In this document: positions 9,342-18,671 of the stretch, piece by piece
How the letters are laid out: the number at the start of each line of letters is the position of its first letter
Position numbering within the stretch: the first letter of the stretch is position 1
Assembly (NCBI GenBank): GCA_963742735.1
Contig: CAVUMN010000003.1
Coordinates: 96,001-160,000 of the forward strand
DNA: 64,000 nucleotides
Source of the DNA: an uncultured Actinomycetes bacterium
GTDB lineage: Bacteria; Actinomycetota; UBA4738; JBBDTT01
Direction: 5' to 3'
Program-made: the position numbers and the translations under genes
Notes under the pieces: generated by a model
The model's input: only the letters and a program-made list of their open reading frames with translations
What the model was told of the DNA's origin: nothing
Database searches by the model: none

Positions 9342-9365
9342 TACCCGCGATCTGCAGCGGCAAAC
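9342..9365 (-). promoter_or_regulatory. SigB/SigF-type promoter GTTT-N15-GGGTA
   Basis: Minus strand gttt gccgctgcagatcgc gggta upstream of the hemerythrin gene; exact match to the actinobacterial SigF-like consensus. Confidence 0.7.
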
Positions 9366-9390
9366 GAGGGATTCGATACTTTTGGCGGTC

Positions 9391-9762
9391 TCACTGCTCC
9401 GCGGCGTGCACATCGTTGCCGTTCGTCACGGTGGCGAGCAGGAACTCGGCCAGCGCCTCCGCCTCGTCGTCGGGGATCGAAACGGCGCACACGGCCCGGT
9501 CGTCGTTCCAGACCGAGAACCTCACGTGGTGGCTGGGCACCCGCGCGGTGCCGTCGGCCGTGCTCATCTCGATGGACTCCAGGTACCGCGTGACCCGAAG
9601 CGCCGCGTGCGGTGGATCGTCGGAGATCACCGGCATGCCCCAGAACCACCGGCTGACCTTGGGTCCCGATCGGGACAGGAGCTCGCGGGGCACTCGCGCT
9701 CCACACTGCATGCAGAAGCGGTGATCGGCCGCCTGACGAAGCCCACAGCTCGGACAGAACAT
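9391..9762 (-). CDS. Zinc-ribbon domain protein
   Basis: MFCPSCG..RFCMQCG; GGGAGG RBS. Confidence 0.8.
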   Translation of the reverse strand: MFCPSCGLRQAADHRFCMQCGARVPRELLSRSGPKVSRWFWGMPVISDDPPHAALRVTRYLESIEMSTADGTARVPSHHVRFSVWNDDRAVCAVSIPDDEAEALAEFLLATVTNGNDVHAAEQ

Positions 9763-9850
9763 CGCGACCTCCCTCGCACCCGAGACGCCCGCACGCTAGC
9801 ACGGGGCTCGGTCCGCTCGGAAGGCCGCCCGAACAGTACGATCGGGGGCC

Positions 9851-11074
9851 ATGGACCTCACCGTTCGACCGGTCTCGCTCGACGAGGCGGACGCGTTCGT
9901 CCGCGCGCAGACCCAGACGTTCGGCATCCAGGCGCGCGACGGCGACGTCGCCGCCGAACGGCTGATCTTCGAGCCGGATCGCACGCTGGCGGTCTTCGAC
10001 GGCGAGACGCAGGTGGGGGGCGGGATGGCCGCCACCTTCCGGATGACGGTCCCGGGCGGGGAGTCCTTGCCGACCGCCGGGATCACCTCGGTCGGGGTCA
10101 TGCCCACCCACCGGCGCCGGGGGATCCTCACCAGCCTGATGCGCGAGCAGCTCGAGGACGTCCATCGCCGCGGCGAGCCCCTGGCCGCGCTGTGGGCGTC
10201 GGAGTCCGGGATCTACGGCCGGTTCGGCTACGGCATGGCGGCGTACTCCGCCACGGTGAAGATCGCCCGGGCGTACAGCGCGTTCGCCGGGCCGGTGGAG
10301 CCGGCCGAGCGCATCCGGCTGGTCGACCGGGCCGAAGCGCTCCGGACCTTCCCCGAGGTCTACGAACGCGTGGTCTCGGAGCGGCCGGGCCACATCGCGC
10401 GCAACGCGGCGTGGTGGGACTACACGACGACGGACCTCGAGCACGACCGGAACGGCGCCAGTGAGTACTTCTACGCGCTGCTCGAGCAGGACGGACGGCC
10501 GGAGGGCTACGCGTTCTACCGGATCAAGCAGGACTGGAGCGGCCACCTGCCGGCCGGAGAGGTGTTCGTCGAGGAGCTCGAGGCGGCCTCGCCGACCGCC
10601 CTCGCGCAGCTTTGGCGGTTCCTCCTGGACGTGGACCTGGTGGCCACCGTCAGCGCCCAGCACCGTCCGGCGGATGAGCCGCTGTTCTTCCTGCTCGCGG
10701 ACCCCCGCCGGCTGGAACGCCGCCTCTACGACGGCCTCTACGTCCGCGTGGTGGACGTGCCCGCCGCCCTGGCCGGCCGCCGGTACCGGGCGCCGGGGCG
10801 CCTGGTCGTCGAGGTCCGCGACGGGTTCTGCCCCTGGAACGAGGGCCGATACGCGCTCGAGGGAGGCCCCGACGGCGCCGAGTGCGCGCCGACCGAGGCC
10901 GAGCCGGACCTGATCCTCGACGCGACCGCCCTGGGAGCGGCGTACCTGGGCGGCGTGGCGTTCCAGGGCCTGGCCACGGGCCTCCGTGCGCAGGAGCGCC
11001 GGCCCGGCGCGCTCAAGGAAGCCGACCTGATGTTCGGCGTGAGCCTCGCGCCCTGGTGCGCGCACATGTTCTAG
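9851..11074 (+). CDS. Eis-family GNAT acetyltransferase (with SCP2 domain)
   Basis: VGVMPTHRRRG, LWASESGIYGRFGYG, RVVDVPAALAGR, LGAAYLGG, C-terminal Phe. Confidence 0.92.
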   Translation: MDLTVRPVSLDEADAFVRAQTQTFGIQARDGDVAAERLIFEPDRTLAVFDGETQVGGGMAATFRMTVPGGESLPTAGITSVGVMPTHRRRGILTSLMREQLEDVHRRGEPLAALWASESGIYGRFGYGMAAYSATVKIARAYSAFAGPVEPAERIRLVDRAEALRTFPEVYERVVSERPGHIARNAAWWDYTTTDLEHDRNGASEYFYALLEQDGRPEGYAFYRIKQDWSGHLPAGEVFVEELEAASPTALAQLWRFLLDVDLVATVSAQHRPADEPLFFLLADPRRLERRLYDGLYVRVVDVPAALAGRRYRAPGRLVVEVRDGFCPWNEGRYALEGGPDGAECAPTEAEPDLILDATALGAAYLGGVAFQGLATGLRAQERRPGALKEADLMFGVSLAPWCAHMF

Positions 11075-11076
11075 CC

Positions 11077-12036
11077 ATGATCACCTGCCGCGCGTACCGC
11101 GACGGAAAGCCCCTCGACCGGCCGTTCCCGCCGGAGGAGATCAGCGACCGCCTCGAGGAAGGCTGCCTGGTGTGGGTGGACGTCGAGGAGCCGACCGAGG
11201 CGGAGATCGCGCTGGTCGCGGAGGAGTTCGCGCTGCACCCCGAATCGCTCAGCGACCTCAAGGAGCGCAACCAGCGCACCAAGGTCGACCAGTACGGCGA
11301 CTACTTCCAGGTGGTCTCGTACGCGGTCGAGGGGCAGGGCCAGGAGGTCGTCGCCAAGGAGCTCCACATCTACGCGGGCCGCCGCTACCTGCTCACGTTC
11401 CGGTTCGCCCCCGCGTTCACCGTCGACCGGGTGGTCCAGCGGTGGGAGGCGAGCCCGACCCTCGACGCCCACGGCGGTTCGGGCCTCCTGCACGTCCTGC
11501 TGGACGAGATCGTCGACACGTACTTCCCCGTCGTCCAGGCGTTCGACGACGAGGCGGAGGCGCTGGAGGAGCGGGTCTTCGCGACGGAGGTCGAGGTCGG
11601 TCTGCAGGAGGAGCTGTTCAAGCTCAAGAAGCGCCTCGTCGAGTTCCGCCGCCACGTGGTCCCATTGCGCGACGTCCTCGACTTCCTGGAGGAGGACCAG
11701 CTGCTCATCCCCGAAACGGTCAAGCCGTACTTCCGCGACGTCTACGACAACGTCTACCGGGCCATCGAGTTCGTCGACAACAACCGCGAGACGCTCACCG
11801 CGGCGCTGTCGGCGTACCAGTCGGCGGTCGGCAACCAGATGAACGTGGTGATGAAGCGGCTCACCGCGTGGGCGGGGATCCTGCTCGTCCCCACGCTGAT
11901 CGCCGGCATCTACGGGATGAACTTCGTGCACATGCCGGAGCTGTCGTGGACGGTCGGCTACCCGGCGGCCCTCGCCCTCATGTTCGGCGTCTGCTGGATC
12001 CTGTACTGGCAGTTCAAGAAGCGGGGGTGGCTGTAG
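11077..12036 (+). CDS. corA: CorA family Mg2+/Co2+ transporter
   Basis: GIYGMNF..MPEL signature; two C-terminal TM helices. Confidence 0.93.
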   Translation: MITCRAYRDGKPLDRPFPPEEISDRLEEGCLVWVDVEEPTEAEIALVAEEFALHPESLSDLKERNQRTKVDQYGDYFQVVSYAVEGQGQEVVAKELHIYAGRRYLLTFRFAPAFTVDRVVQRWEASPTLDAHGGSGLLHVLLDEIVDTYFPVVQAFDDEAEALEERVFATEVEVGLQEELFKLKKRLVEFRRHVVPLRDVLDFLEEDQLLIPETVKPYFRDVYDNVYRAIEFVDNNRETLTAALSAYQSAVGNQMNVVMKRLTAWAGILLVPTLIAGIYGMNFVHMPELSWTVGYPAALALMFGVCWILYWQFKKRGWL

Positions 12037-12038
12037 CC

Positions 12039-12371
12039 GTGTGCCGGGCGCTGAAGGTGTTGTGCGCCGCGCCGGGCCACGAGCGCCTGACCGAGCTGAA
12101 GTACGCGGCCGTCTCGAAGGAGTACGAGCTCACCGGCGGTGCCACGGACGCGGAGGAGCTGCTCCGCCAGATCGACGAGCTCGAGCCGGACGCGGTGGTG
12201 GTCACCGCCGAGCTGGCCGGCGCGATCGAGGCCGTCCGGGCCGCCCACCCCTCGCTGCGGATCGTCGCCGTCGGCGCCGAGGCGGAGGCCGCCGACGACT
12301 GGGTCGAGGACGTCCAGGAGGTGCGATCGGCCGTGCTGGGGCTCCGGCGTCCCGGCGGCCCCGTTCGCTGA
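12039..12371 (+). CDS. Small hypothetical protein with a receiver-like fold
   Basis: GTG 2 nt after the corA stop; ELEPDAVVV..HPSLRIVAVG pattern. Confidence 0.65.
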   Translation: MCRALKVLCAAPGHERLTELKYAAVSKEYELTGGATDAEELLRQIDELEPDAVVVTAELAGAIEAVRAAHPSLRIVAVGAEAEAADDWVEDVQEVRSAVLGLRRPGGPVR

Positions 12372-12417
12372 GGGTCGCCTCTACACTCGGCCGAACCGAC
12401 CTCGAGGAGGACGCGCC

Positions 12418-12852
12418 ATGGGCCTTCGCACCCCCACGCCCGGCGAACCGCTTCGCCATCCCGTCAACGTCCGTCACCACGCCCGGCGCACGCTCGGTGA
12501 ACGGGTCGCCGACGGGGTCGCCGCCAGGGTCGGCTCGTGGCCGTTCATCATCGTCCAGTCGGCGCTGCTCGGGCTGTGGATCCTGGCCAACGGGCTGCTG
12601 ATCGGGCGGTGGATCTCCGGGAAGCCGTTCGATCCCTATCCGTTCATCCTGCTGAACCTGGTCCTGTCGTTCCAGGCCGCGTACACGGGGCCCGTCGTGA
12701 TGATGAGCCAGAACCGCGCGGCCGAGCGGGACCGCGACGCGGCCGAGCACGACTACGGGGTCAACCAGGAGGCGCTGGACCTGCTGAGGACGCTCGCCGC
12801 GGACCACGCGGCTCTGCGCAGGACGGTGGAGGGGCTCGCGAGGAAGGGCTGA
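12418..12852 (+). CDS. DUF1003 domain membrane protein
   Basis: GSWPFI, FDPYPFILLNLVLSFQAAYTGPVVMMSQNR; GAGGAGG RBS. Confidence 0.92.
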   Translation: MGLRTPTPGEPLRHPVNVRHHARRTLGERVADGVAARVGSWPFIIVQSALLGLWILANGLLIGRWISGKPFDPYPFILLNLVLSFQAAYTGPVVMMSQNRAAERDRDAAEHDYGVNQEALDLLRTLAADHAALRRTVEGLARKG

Positions 12853-12873
12853 GGGGGAGCCCGAAGGCTCCCC
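12853..12873. terminator. Hairpin between convergent DUF1003 and rpf genes
   Basis: gggggagcc-gaa-ggctccccc, perfect 9-bp stem. Confidence 0.75.
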
Positions 12874-12885
12874 CCGTTCGAACCC

Positions 12886-13401
12886 TCAGGCCCAGGCGAA
12901 GCAGTGGGGCCATGCCCCGGGGCCTTGTGAAGCGAGCACGCGCTCGGCGACAGCGACCTGCTGTCCGACCGAGTAGGGGAAGGGGCCAGACCCGTTGAAG
13001 GGCCCGCCGCCGTTCGCGTACCAGGTTCCCGGATGGAACTGGAGGCCTCCCCAGTATCCGTTCCCGGTGTTCGCCGCCCAGTTGCCGCCCGACTCGCACG
13101 CCGCGATGGCGTACCAGTTCGCGCGACCGCTGCCGGTCGATGAGGCACCAACGGTCGATGCCGAGAAGCGGGTGGCCTTCCGGGTCGCACCCCGGAGCAG
13201 GGTCCGCTCGGCACGATCCGCGGCCGAGACCTGGGAAAGAGCGAACGACTTACCGGCGCCTGCCGCGTTCAGCAGATCAGCGGCCGAGTCTCCTCGGTCC
13301 ACGGTCAGTCCGGGCAGGGCGCTGGCGATGGTTGGAACCGCGAGCATGAACACGATCAATGCAGCCGCCATTTCCAGGCGGCGTCTCTTGGGTTTTTCCA
13401 T
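12886..13401 (-). CDS. Resuscitation-promoting factor (Rpf) family transglycosylase, secreted
   Basis: Signal peptide; [49 protein letters not shown]. Confidence 0.95.
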   Translation of the reverse strand: MEKPKRRRLEMAAALIVFMLAVPTIASALPGLTVDRGDSAADLLNAAGAGKSFALSQVSAADRAERTLLRGATRKATRFSASTVGASSTGSGRANWYAIAACESGGNWAANTGNGYWGGLQFHPGTWYANGGGPFNGSGPFPYSVGQQVAVAERVLASQGPGAWPHCFAWA

Positions 13402-13434
13402 GGCATGGATCTCACCCCCCGAGCTTGGACGGGG

Positions 13435-13467
13435 TTATCGGCCCCCGTCATGGGCCGGGTAGGTCAT
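13435..13467 (-). CDS. Putative 10-aa leader uORF MTYPAHDGGR
   Basis: Strong SD AGGAGGTGA (13486-13478) 10 nt upstream of the ATG; in frame with rpf. Confidence 0.35.
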   Translation of the reverse strand: MTYPAHDGGR

Positions 13468-13501
13468 GGGTGTTGAATCACCTCCTGTGGCTCGTCGGAT
13501 A

Positions 13502-13608
13502 GGCCCTTCTCCCGGACCAGCGTCCAACCCACCGCGGGCAGCGCACGCGCGCGTAAACCGCGTCCGATAGCGAAAGGGCTTGGACGAGGGGCGGTCCAGG
13601 GGAAGGCC
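13502..13608 (-). ncRNA. Long structured hairpin in the rpf 5' leader (unassigned family)
   Basis: Nested complementary blocks ggccttc/gaagggcc, cctggacc/ggtccggg, cgtccaa-gccc/ggg-ttggacg. Confidence 0.45.
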
Positions 13609-13611
13609 GCG

Positions 13612-13639
13612 ATTCTACCAGGCTGCTAGCCAGTGGCAA
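13612..13639 (-). promoter_or_regulatory. Sigma70/HrdB-type promoter TTGCCA-N16-TAGAAT for the rpf leader
   Basis: Read directly on the minus strand; near-consensus -35 and -10. Confidence 0.6.
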
Positions 13640-13648
13640 GCAGGTTTA

Positions 13649-13662
13649 CGAACATGCGTTCG
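13649..13662. promoter_or_regulatory. LexA SOS box CGAAC-ATGC-GTTCG
   Basis: Matches the Gram-positive/actinobacterial GAAC-N4-GTTC box; lies between divergent rpf and ispH. Confidence 0.6.
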
Positions 13663-13763
13663 ATCCCGTCCCGAAGGCGGTCGCGGCGGTGCCGGCCCGG
13701 GCCCACACCGATCTTCACCTGCCGGCGGGCTCCGCGTACCCACCGGGCCACTAGCATGGGAGC

Positions 13764-14690
13764 GTGATCCGCAAGGTCCTTCTGGCGTCGCCGCGCGGCT
13801 ACTGCGCCGGAGTGGAGCGCGCTGTCGACGCGGTCGAGCGCGCCCTCGACCGATACGGCTCGCCCGTGTACGTGCGCAAGCAGATCGTGCACAACCTGCA
13901 CGTGGTGCGGGACCTGGAGCGCAAGGGGGCGATCTTCGTCGAGGAGGAGGCCGAGGTGCCCGAGGGGGCCACGGTCATCCTGTCCGCGCACGGCGTGGCC
14001 CCGGAGGTGTACGCGAACTCCGAGGCCCGGTCCCTGAACGTGATCGACGCGACGTGCCCCCTCGTCACCAAGGTCCACCTGGAGGCCCGGCGGTTCGCGC
14101 GCGACGGCTACACGATCCTGCTCATCGGGCACGAGGGCCACGAGGAGGTCGTGGGTACGAGCGGCGAGGCCCCCGAGCACATCCGGCTGGTCCAGGACGT
14201 TGACGAGGCCCGCACGGTCGAGGTCGCCGACCCCGAGCGGGTCTCGTACCTGTCCCAGACCACGCTCTCCGTGGACGAGACCACCCGGATCATCGACGTG
14301 CTCCGCGGGCGGTTCCCGGCCATCCAGGGCCCGCCCCGCGACGACATCTGCTACGCCACGCAGAACCGCCAGGACGCCGTGAAGGACCTGCGCGAGCGCG
14401 TGGACGTGCTGCTGGTCATCGGCTCGCAGAACTCCTCGAACTCCAAGCGGCTCGTGGAGGTCTCGGTGGCCGCCGGGACCCCCGCCTACCTGGTGGACGA
14501 CGAGAGCGAGATCTCCCCGGACTGGCTCGAGGGCGCCGAGGTCGTCGGCGTCACCAGCGGCGCCAGCGCCCCGGAATGGCTCGTCGAGCGGGTCCTGGAC
14601 TGGCTCCGCGCCCGGGGCGCTGCCGAAGTCGAGGAGGTCCGCACGATCGAGGAGCACATGGCCTTCTCGCTCCCCGCCGGCGTTCGCTAG
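13764..14690 (+). CDS. ispH: 4-hydroxy-3-methylbut-2-enyl diphosphate reductase
   Basis: [54 protein letters not shown]. Confidence 0.97.
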   Translation: MIRKVLLASPRGYCAGVERAVDAVERALDRYGSPVYVRKQIVHNLHVVRDLERKGAIFVEEEAEVPEGATVILSAHGVAPEVYANSEARSLNVIDATCPLVTKVHLEARRFARDGYTILLIGHEGHEEVVGTSGEAPEHIRLVQDVDEARTVEVADPERVSYLSQTTLSVDETTRIIDVLRGRFPAIQGPPRDDICYATQNRQDAVKDLRERVDVLLVIGSQNSSNSKRLVEVSVAAGTPAYLVDDESEISPDWLEGAEVVGVTSGASAPEWLVERVLDWLRARGAAEVEEVRTIEEHMAFSLPAGVR

Positions 14691-17600
14691 CTACCGCCGC
14701 GCGAGGTCCCTCGACCGCCCGGGCCAGGCCGTCACCCCCAGCTCGCTCCAGGCCTCCGTCGCGTCGGCCCAGCCGCTCGCGTCGCCGCGCAGGGCCCGGA
14801 TCTCCGCGTGGAGCGCTCGGTCGGTCGGGGTGGGCAGCTCGGCAGGGAGCGGGCCGGGATCGCGGCCGTCCAGCGCGTCGATCTCGGCGAGGAGCAGCGC
14901 CGTGCGGACGGGGACCAGGACGTTGCCGATGGCCTCGGCCTCCGACCGGGCTTCCTGGAGGATGCCCCGCGCGCCGGCGAGGTCGTCCGCGAGCAGGCGC
15001 GCCTGTCCGAGCAGCGTGAGCGCGTAGGGGCGCCACAGCGCGCCGCCCTGACGCAGGTCCTCCGCGAACCGGCGCGCTCCGGCCTCGGCGAGCTCCGGGT
15101 CCCCCCGGTCCAGCCCGATCTCCGCCCGCGCGCCCCACACCTCGACGAGCTCGAAGCCCGCGCCGAGCTCGTGCAGCAGGGACTCCGCCTCCGCGAGCTC
15201 CCGGTCCGCGGTGCCGGCGTCCCCGCGGCGCGACGCGATCCGCGCGCGGAGCACCTTTCCCTGGGCCATGACCCGCCGGAACCGGCGGCGCTCGCCGGTC
15301 CGCGCGATCCGGTCGGCGTGGGCCTCGGCGGTGTCCAGGCGGCCGAACGCCAGGTCGGCGAGCGCGAGCGGGTACCGGCTTTCCACCTCCACGTCGGGGT
15401 CCCCCACGTCCAGGCCGAGCCCCACCGCCTCGCCGAGGACCTCGCTGGCGGCGGCCAGGTCGCCGGCGTAGAAGCGGAAGTAGCCCCAGGCCCGCCGGAG
15501 CGCCCCGACGGCCCGGGGCTCGGCGGTGAGCAACGTCAGCTCGTCGAGCCGGCGGAACGGCCGCTCGAAGGCCTCGCCCCCCTGGGGGGTGGCCCCCCAC
15601 GCCAGGTCCTGGTAGCACCGGAGCTCCCACCAGTAGTCGCCGACGGCCCGGAAGGCCCGCGCCGCGCGCTCGAGCGACTCCTGGTGCCGGCCGAAGTCCG
15701 CGAATCTCCACGTGTAGGCGGTCTCGAACAGGGCGACGGCCTCCGCGCGCCGGTCGCCGAGCTCCCGGGCGATCTCGACGGCCTCGCCCAGCAGCTCGCG
15801 CGCCCGCGCTTCGTTCGGCACGTCCGACTCCACCCAGCCGAGCACCAGCAGCGCGCGGGCTCGCCAGTCCCGCCGGCCGGCCTGCTCGGCCAGTGCGAGG
15901 ACCTCGGTGGCCTCGGTGCGGGCGTCCTCGTATCGGGACAGGTTCGAGAGCGCCTCGGCCTGGGCCAGGCGGACCTCGGCGAGCAGCTCGCCCTCTGGGG
16001 AGCGCGGGTCGGGGTCCAGCCGCTCGGCCAGGGTCAGCGCGTGCGTGTACTGCGCGGCCGCGGCGACCCAGGCGAACTGCATCCGCGCCCGGTCCCCGGC
16101 GCGGTGGAGGTAGTCCACGGCCAGCCGCACCGTGTGCCCGGGCACGCCCGGGTTGAGGGCCACCGACTGCGCGTAGTGGAAGGCCAGCAGCTCGACGGGC
16201 TCCTCGCTCCCCGGGTACAGGCTGGCCCGGACCCAGCCCGCGATGGCCAGGTGCTTGGCCGCCCGGTCGGCGCGGGGAAGCGTGGCGTAGGCGACGTCGC
16301 GGATCACGGCGTGCTTGAAGCCGAACTGGCGGGCGCCCTCGATGGTCGTTTCGTCCTGGACCCGGATCAGGTCGCGCTCGATGAGCCGCTCCAGCAGCTC
16401 CTCGACACCGTCCCGCCACCCCAGCGCGCGCAGGCTCCCGTCCCAGAAGGTCTCGCCGGCGACGGAGGCGTCCCGAAGGAGCCGCCGCTCCGGCTCGGGG
16501 AGGCCGTCGATGCGTGCCGCGACGACGAGCTGCATGGTCTCGGGGATTGCCGCGGTCTCGCCCCGCAGGCTCCATCGGCCGGCGTCGGCGCGGAGCGCGC
16601 CGCCCTCGCGAAGCATGTGCACCGTCTCCTCGAGGTACAGCGGGTTGCCGCCCGAGCGGCGCATGAGATCCGAGCGAAGGCGTTCGGGGACCTCGCCCGG
16701 GAGGAGCCCCGCGAGCATCGAGGCGCACTCCTCGGTCGACAGGGCTCGCAGGTGGAGCACCCGGTCGTCGTCGAGCTTGAGCTCGCCCCGCTCCAGGACC
16801 TCGGGCCAGCCGGCGCACAGGAACAGGACCGGGGCCGGCCACGGCTCCTCCACGACCCACGACAGGAAGCCGAACAGCTGGGGGTCCGCCCACTGGACGT
16901 CCTCGAGCGTGACCACCACGGGCCCGTTGGTCGCGAGCCCTGAGAGGAACCGCCGTACCGCCACGGCGAGATCCAGGTTGAGCTCCGCCGGTCCGGGGGG
17001 CGTGGTGGCGCTCCCCACGCCGGCCACCGTGGCCAGCCATCCGGCCACCCCCGAGCGCTCGGGCTCGGTGACGTCCGGGAGGGCTTCGGCGACGGCCGCG
17101 GACAGCGCGGCGCGGACCGCGTCGGGGTCGGCGCCGGACTGGATTCCCACGAAGCCTCGCAGCGCGTCTGCGATGGCGTGCCAGGGCCCCCGCTCGCCGT
17201 AGGCCTGGCATCGGCCCACGAGGTGGCGTGCCTCTCCGGCGGTCTCCGCGAACTCGGCGGCGAGCCGCGACTTCCCGAGGCCGGGCGGTCCGGCGATGAT
17301 CGCGACCGTGCTGTGTCCCCAGCCGGTGACCTCGGCCAGACGCTGGCGCAGCCACGTCAGGTCGATGGCGCGGCCGACGAACGCGGTGGGCGCCGCGCGG
17401 GATGGCCGTCCGCCGGGCTCGGCGGAGATCGAGCGGACCTGGTACGCCTGGACGGCCTCGGCCTTGCCCTTGAGGCGGATCGGGGCCCACTCCAGGTAGT
17501 CGGTGACGTGGTCGGTGAGATCGCGGGTCCTCGAGCCGACCAGCACGCAGCCGGCCGGCGCGACGCCCAGGAGCCTGGACGCCGTGTTCACCGTGTCGCC

Positions 17601-17990
17601 CACCACGTCGAGCCCGCCGCGGCGTGGGACCACCAGCACCTCGCCCGTGTGGATGCCCGCGTGCAGGCTGGTGGGGCCCTCCCAGCCGGGCCGGTCGGTG
17701 GCCCGGGCCTTGACCGCGTCGCGGCAGGCCATCGCGGCCCGGACGGCCCGCTCGGCGTCGTCGGCGTGGGTGGTCGGCACCCCGAACACGGCGAGGAACC
17801 CGTCCCCGATCCAGTTCACCATCGTGCCGCCGTGGGACTCGACGAGGGACGTCATGTCCTCCATGAGCGGCTGCAGGAAGGCGTCGACGTCCTCGGGGTC
17901 CATCGACTCGGTCACCGACGTGAACGCCGTCAGGTCGGCGAACAGCACGGTGACCAGCCGGCGCTCGCCGCGGGGGGGCGCCTGGCTCAT
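14691..17990 (-). CDS. Class III nucleotidyl cyclase + AAA/STAND ATPase + TPR-like repeats
   Basis: VTVLFADLTAFT, IGDG, GDTVNTASRL, LKGK; Walker A GPPGLGKS, LEDVQWAD, GGNPLYLEE, FKHAVIRDVAY. Confidence 0.92.
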   Translation of the reverse strand: MSQAPPRGERRLVTVLFADLTAFTSVTESMDPEDVDAFLQPLMEDMTSLVESHGGTMVNWIGDGFLAVFGVPTTHADDAERAVRAAMACRDAVKARATDRPGWEGPTSLHAGIHTGEVLVVPRRGGLDVVGDTVNTASRLLGVAPAGCVLVGSRTRDLTDHVTDYLEWAPIRLKGKAEAVQAYQVRSISAEPGGRPSRAAPTAFVGRAIDLTWLRQRLAEVTGWGHSTVAIIAGPPGLGKSRLAAEFAETAGEARHLVGRCQAYGERGPWHAIADALRGFVGIQSGADPDAVRAALSAAVAEALPDVTEPERSGVAGWLATVAGVGSATTPPGPAELNLDLAVAVRRFLSGLATNGPVVVTLEDVQWADPQLFGFLSWVVEEPWPAPVLFLCAGWPEVLERGELKLDDDRVLHLRALSTEECASMLAGLLPGEVPERLRSDLMRRSGGNPLYLEETVHMLREGGALRADAGRWSLRGETAAIPETMQLVVAARIDGLPEPERRLLRDASVAGETFWDGSLRALGWRDGVEELLERLIERDLIRVQDETTIEGARQFGFKHAVIRDVAYATLPRADRAAKHLAIAGWVRASLYPGSEEPVELLAFHYAQSVALNPGVPGHTVRLAVDYLHRAGDRARMQFAWVAAAAQYTHALTLAERLDPDPRSPEGELLAEVRLAQAEALSNLSRYEDARTEATEVLALAEQAGRRDWRARALLVLGWVESDVPNEARARELLGEAVEIARELGDRRAEAVALFETAYTWRFADFGRHQESLERAARAFRAVGDYWWELRCYQDLAWGATPQGGEAFERPFRRLDELTLLTAEPRAVGALRRAWGYFRFYAGDLAAASEVLGEAVGLGLDVGDPDVEVESRYPLALADLAFGRLDTAEAHADRIARTGERRRFRRVMAQGKVLRARIASRRGDAGTADRELAEAESLLHELGAGFELVEVWGARAEIGLDRGDPELAEAGARRFAEDLRQGGALWRPYALTLLGQARLLADDLAGARGILQEARSEAEAIGNVLVPVRTALLLAEIDALDGRDPGPLPAELPTPTDRALHAEIRALRGDASGWADATEAWSELGVTAWPGRSRDLARR

Positions 17991-18012
17991 GGTCCTGCGA
18001 TGTCGGCCCGGC

Positions 18013-18606
18013 TCAGTCGGCGGCTTCGGTGGGGACCAGCTTCTCCGTCACGGCGACGGCGGTGGTGGTGCCCGCGATGCCGGGGATCGTCGCGATCGAG
18101 AGGATCCCCTGCGAGCACTCGTCCCAGGTCGCGCCGCCGACCTCGATGAGCAGGTCGTACTCGCCGGTGACGACCGCGGCGCCGGCGACGCCGCCGGTCT
18201 CCGCCAGGGAGTCCATCACGCCGCCCAGCCACGTGTCCCAGCCGCCCTCGAACTCGCGGCCCTGGGCGAGGTCGAGGTCGGCGAACACGAGCGCCACGAA
18301 CGGATCGCGGCCGCGCACCGGCATCGGCTTCGGCTTCGGCGTGGGCTTGGGGGGCGTGGGGTCGCGGGCCGGGGGGTTCAGCACGACGGCCGTCTGTGAC
18401 TCGGTGATCGTCTCGTCGTCCAGGACCTGGCCCATCACGACCTCGCCGAGCTGGTGAGGATCGGCCACGTCGAGCGCCACCAGGACGTCCCAGTCGCCGG
18501 TGATCACGACAACCTGGCGGATGCCGTCACCGGCCAGCCGGGTCAGCCGCTCGGCCGCATCCCGTGTCCGTCCCGGTTCGGTGCGCAGCAAGACGTATGC
18601 GTCCAT
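18013..18606 (-). CDS. Tandem Lrp/AsnC ligand-binding (RAM) domain protein without HTH
   Basis: Two copies of the V(I/V)TG(D/E)(W/Y)D motif joined by a Pro-rich linker; GAAGGAGG RBS. Confidence 0.75.
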   Translation of the reverse strand: MDAYVLLRTEPGRTRDAAERLTRLAGDGIRQVVVITGDWDVLVALDVADPHQLGEVVMGQVLDDETITESQTAVVLNPPARDPTPPKPTPKPKPMPVRGRDPFVALVFADLDLAQGREFEGGWDTWLGGVMDSLAETGGVAGAAVVTGEYDLLIEVGGATWDECSQGILSIATIPGIAGTTTAVAVTEKLVPTEAAD

Positions 18607-18671
18607 GTCCCCTCCTTCGATCGGTCCCTCGGCAAGGCTAGGTCAACGGACGAAGCCGCACAATACGGGCG

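Noticed and set aside
13402-13610. c-di-AMP (ydaO) riboswitch upstream of rpf
   Set aside because: The conserved GAATC / GGAACC / CCCGTCAGCTAAC-type blocks are not visible; kept as an unassigned RNA instead
14691-17990. Anti-phage system (Avs/Pycsar-like)
   Set aside because: Housekeeping neighbourhood, host-like composition and no adjacent effector; the architecture is common in actinobacterial signalling
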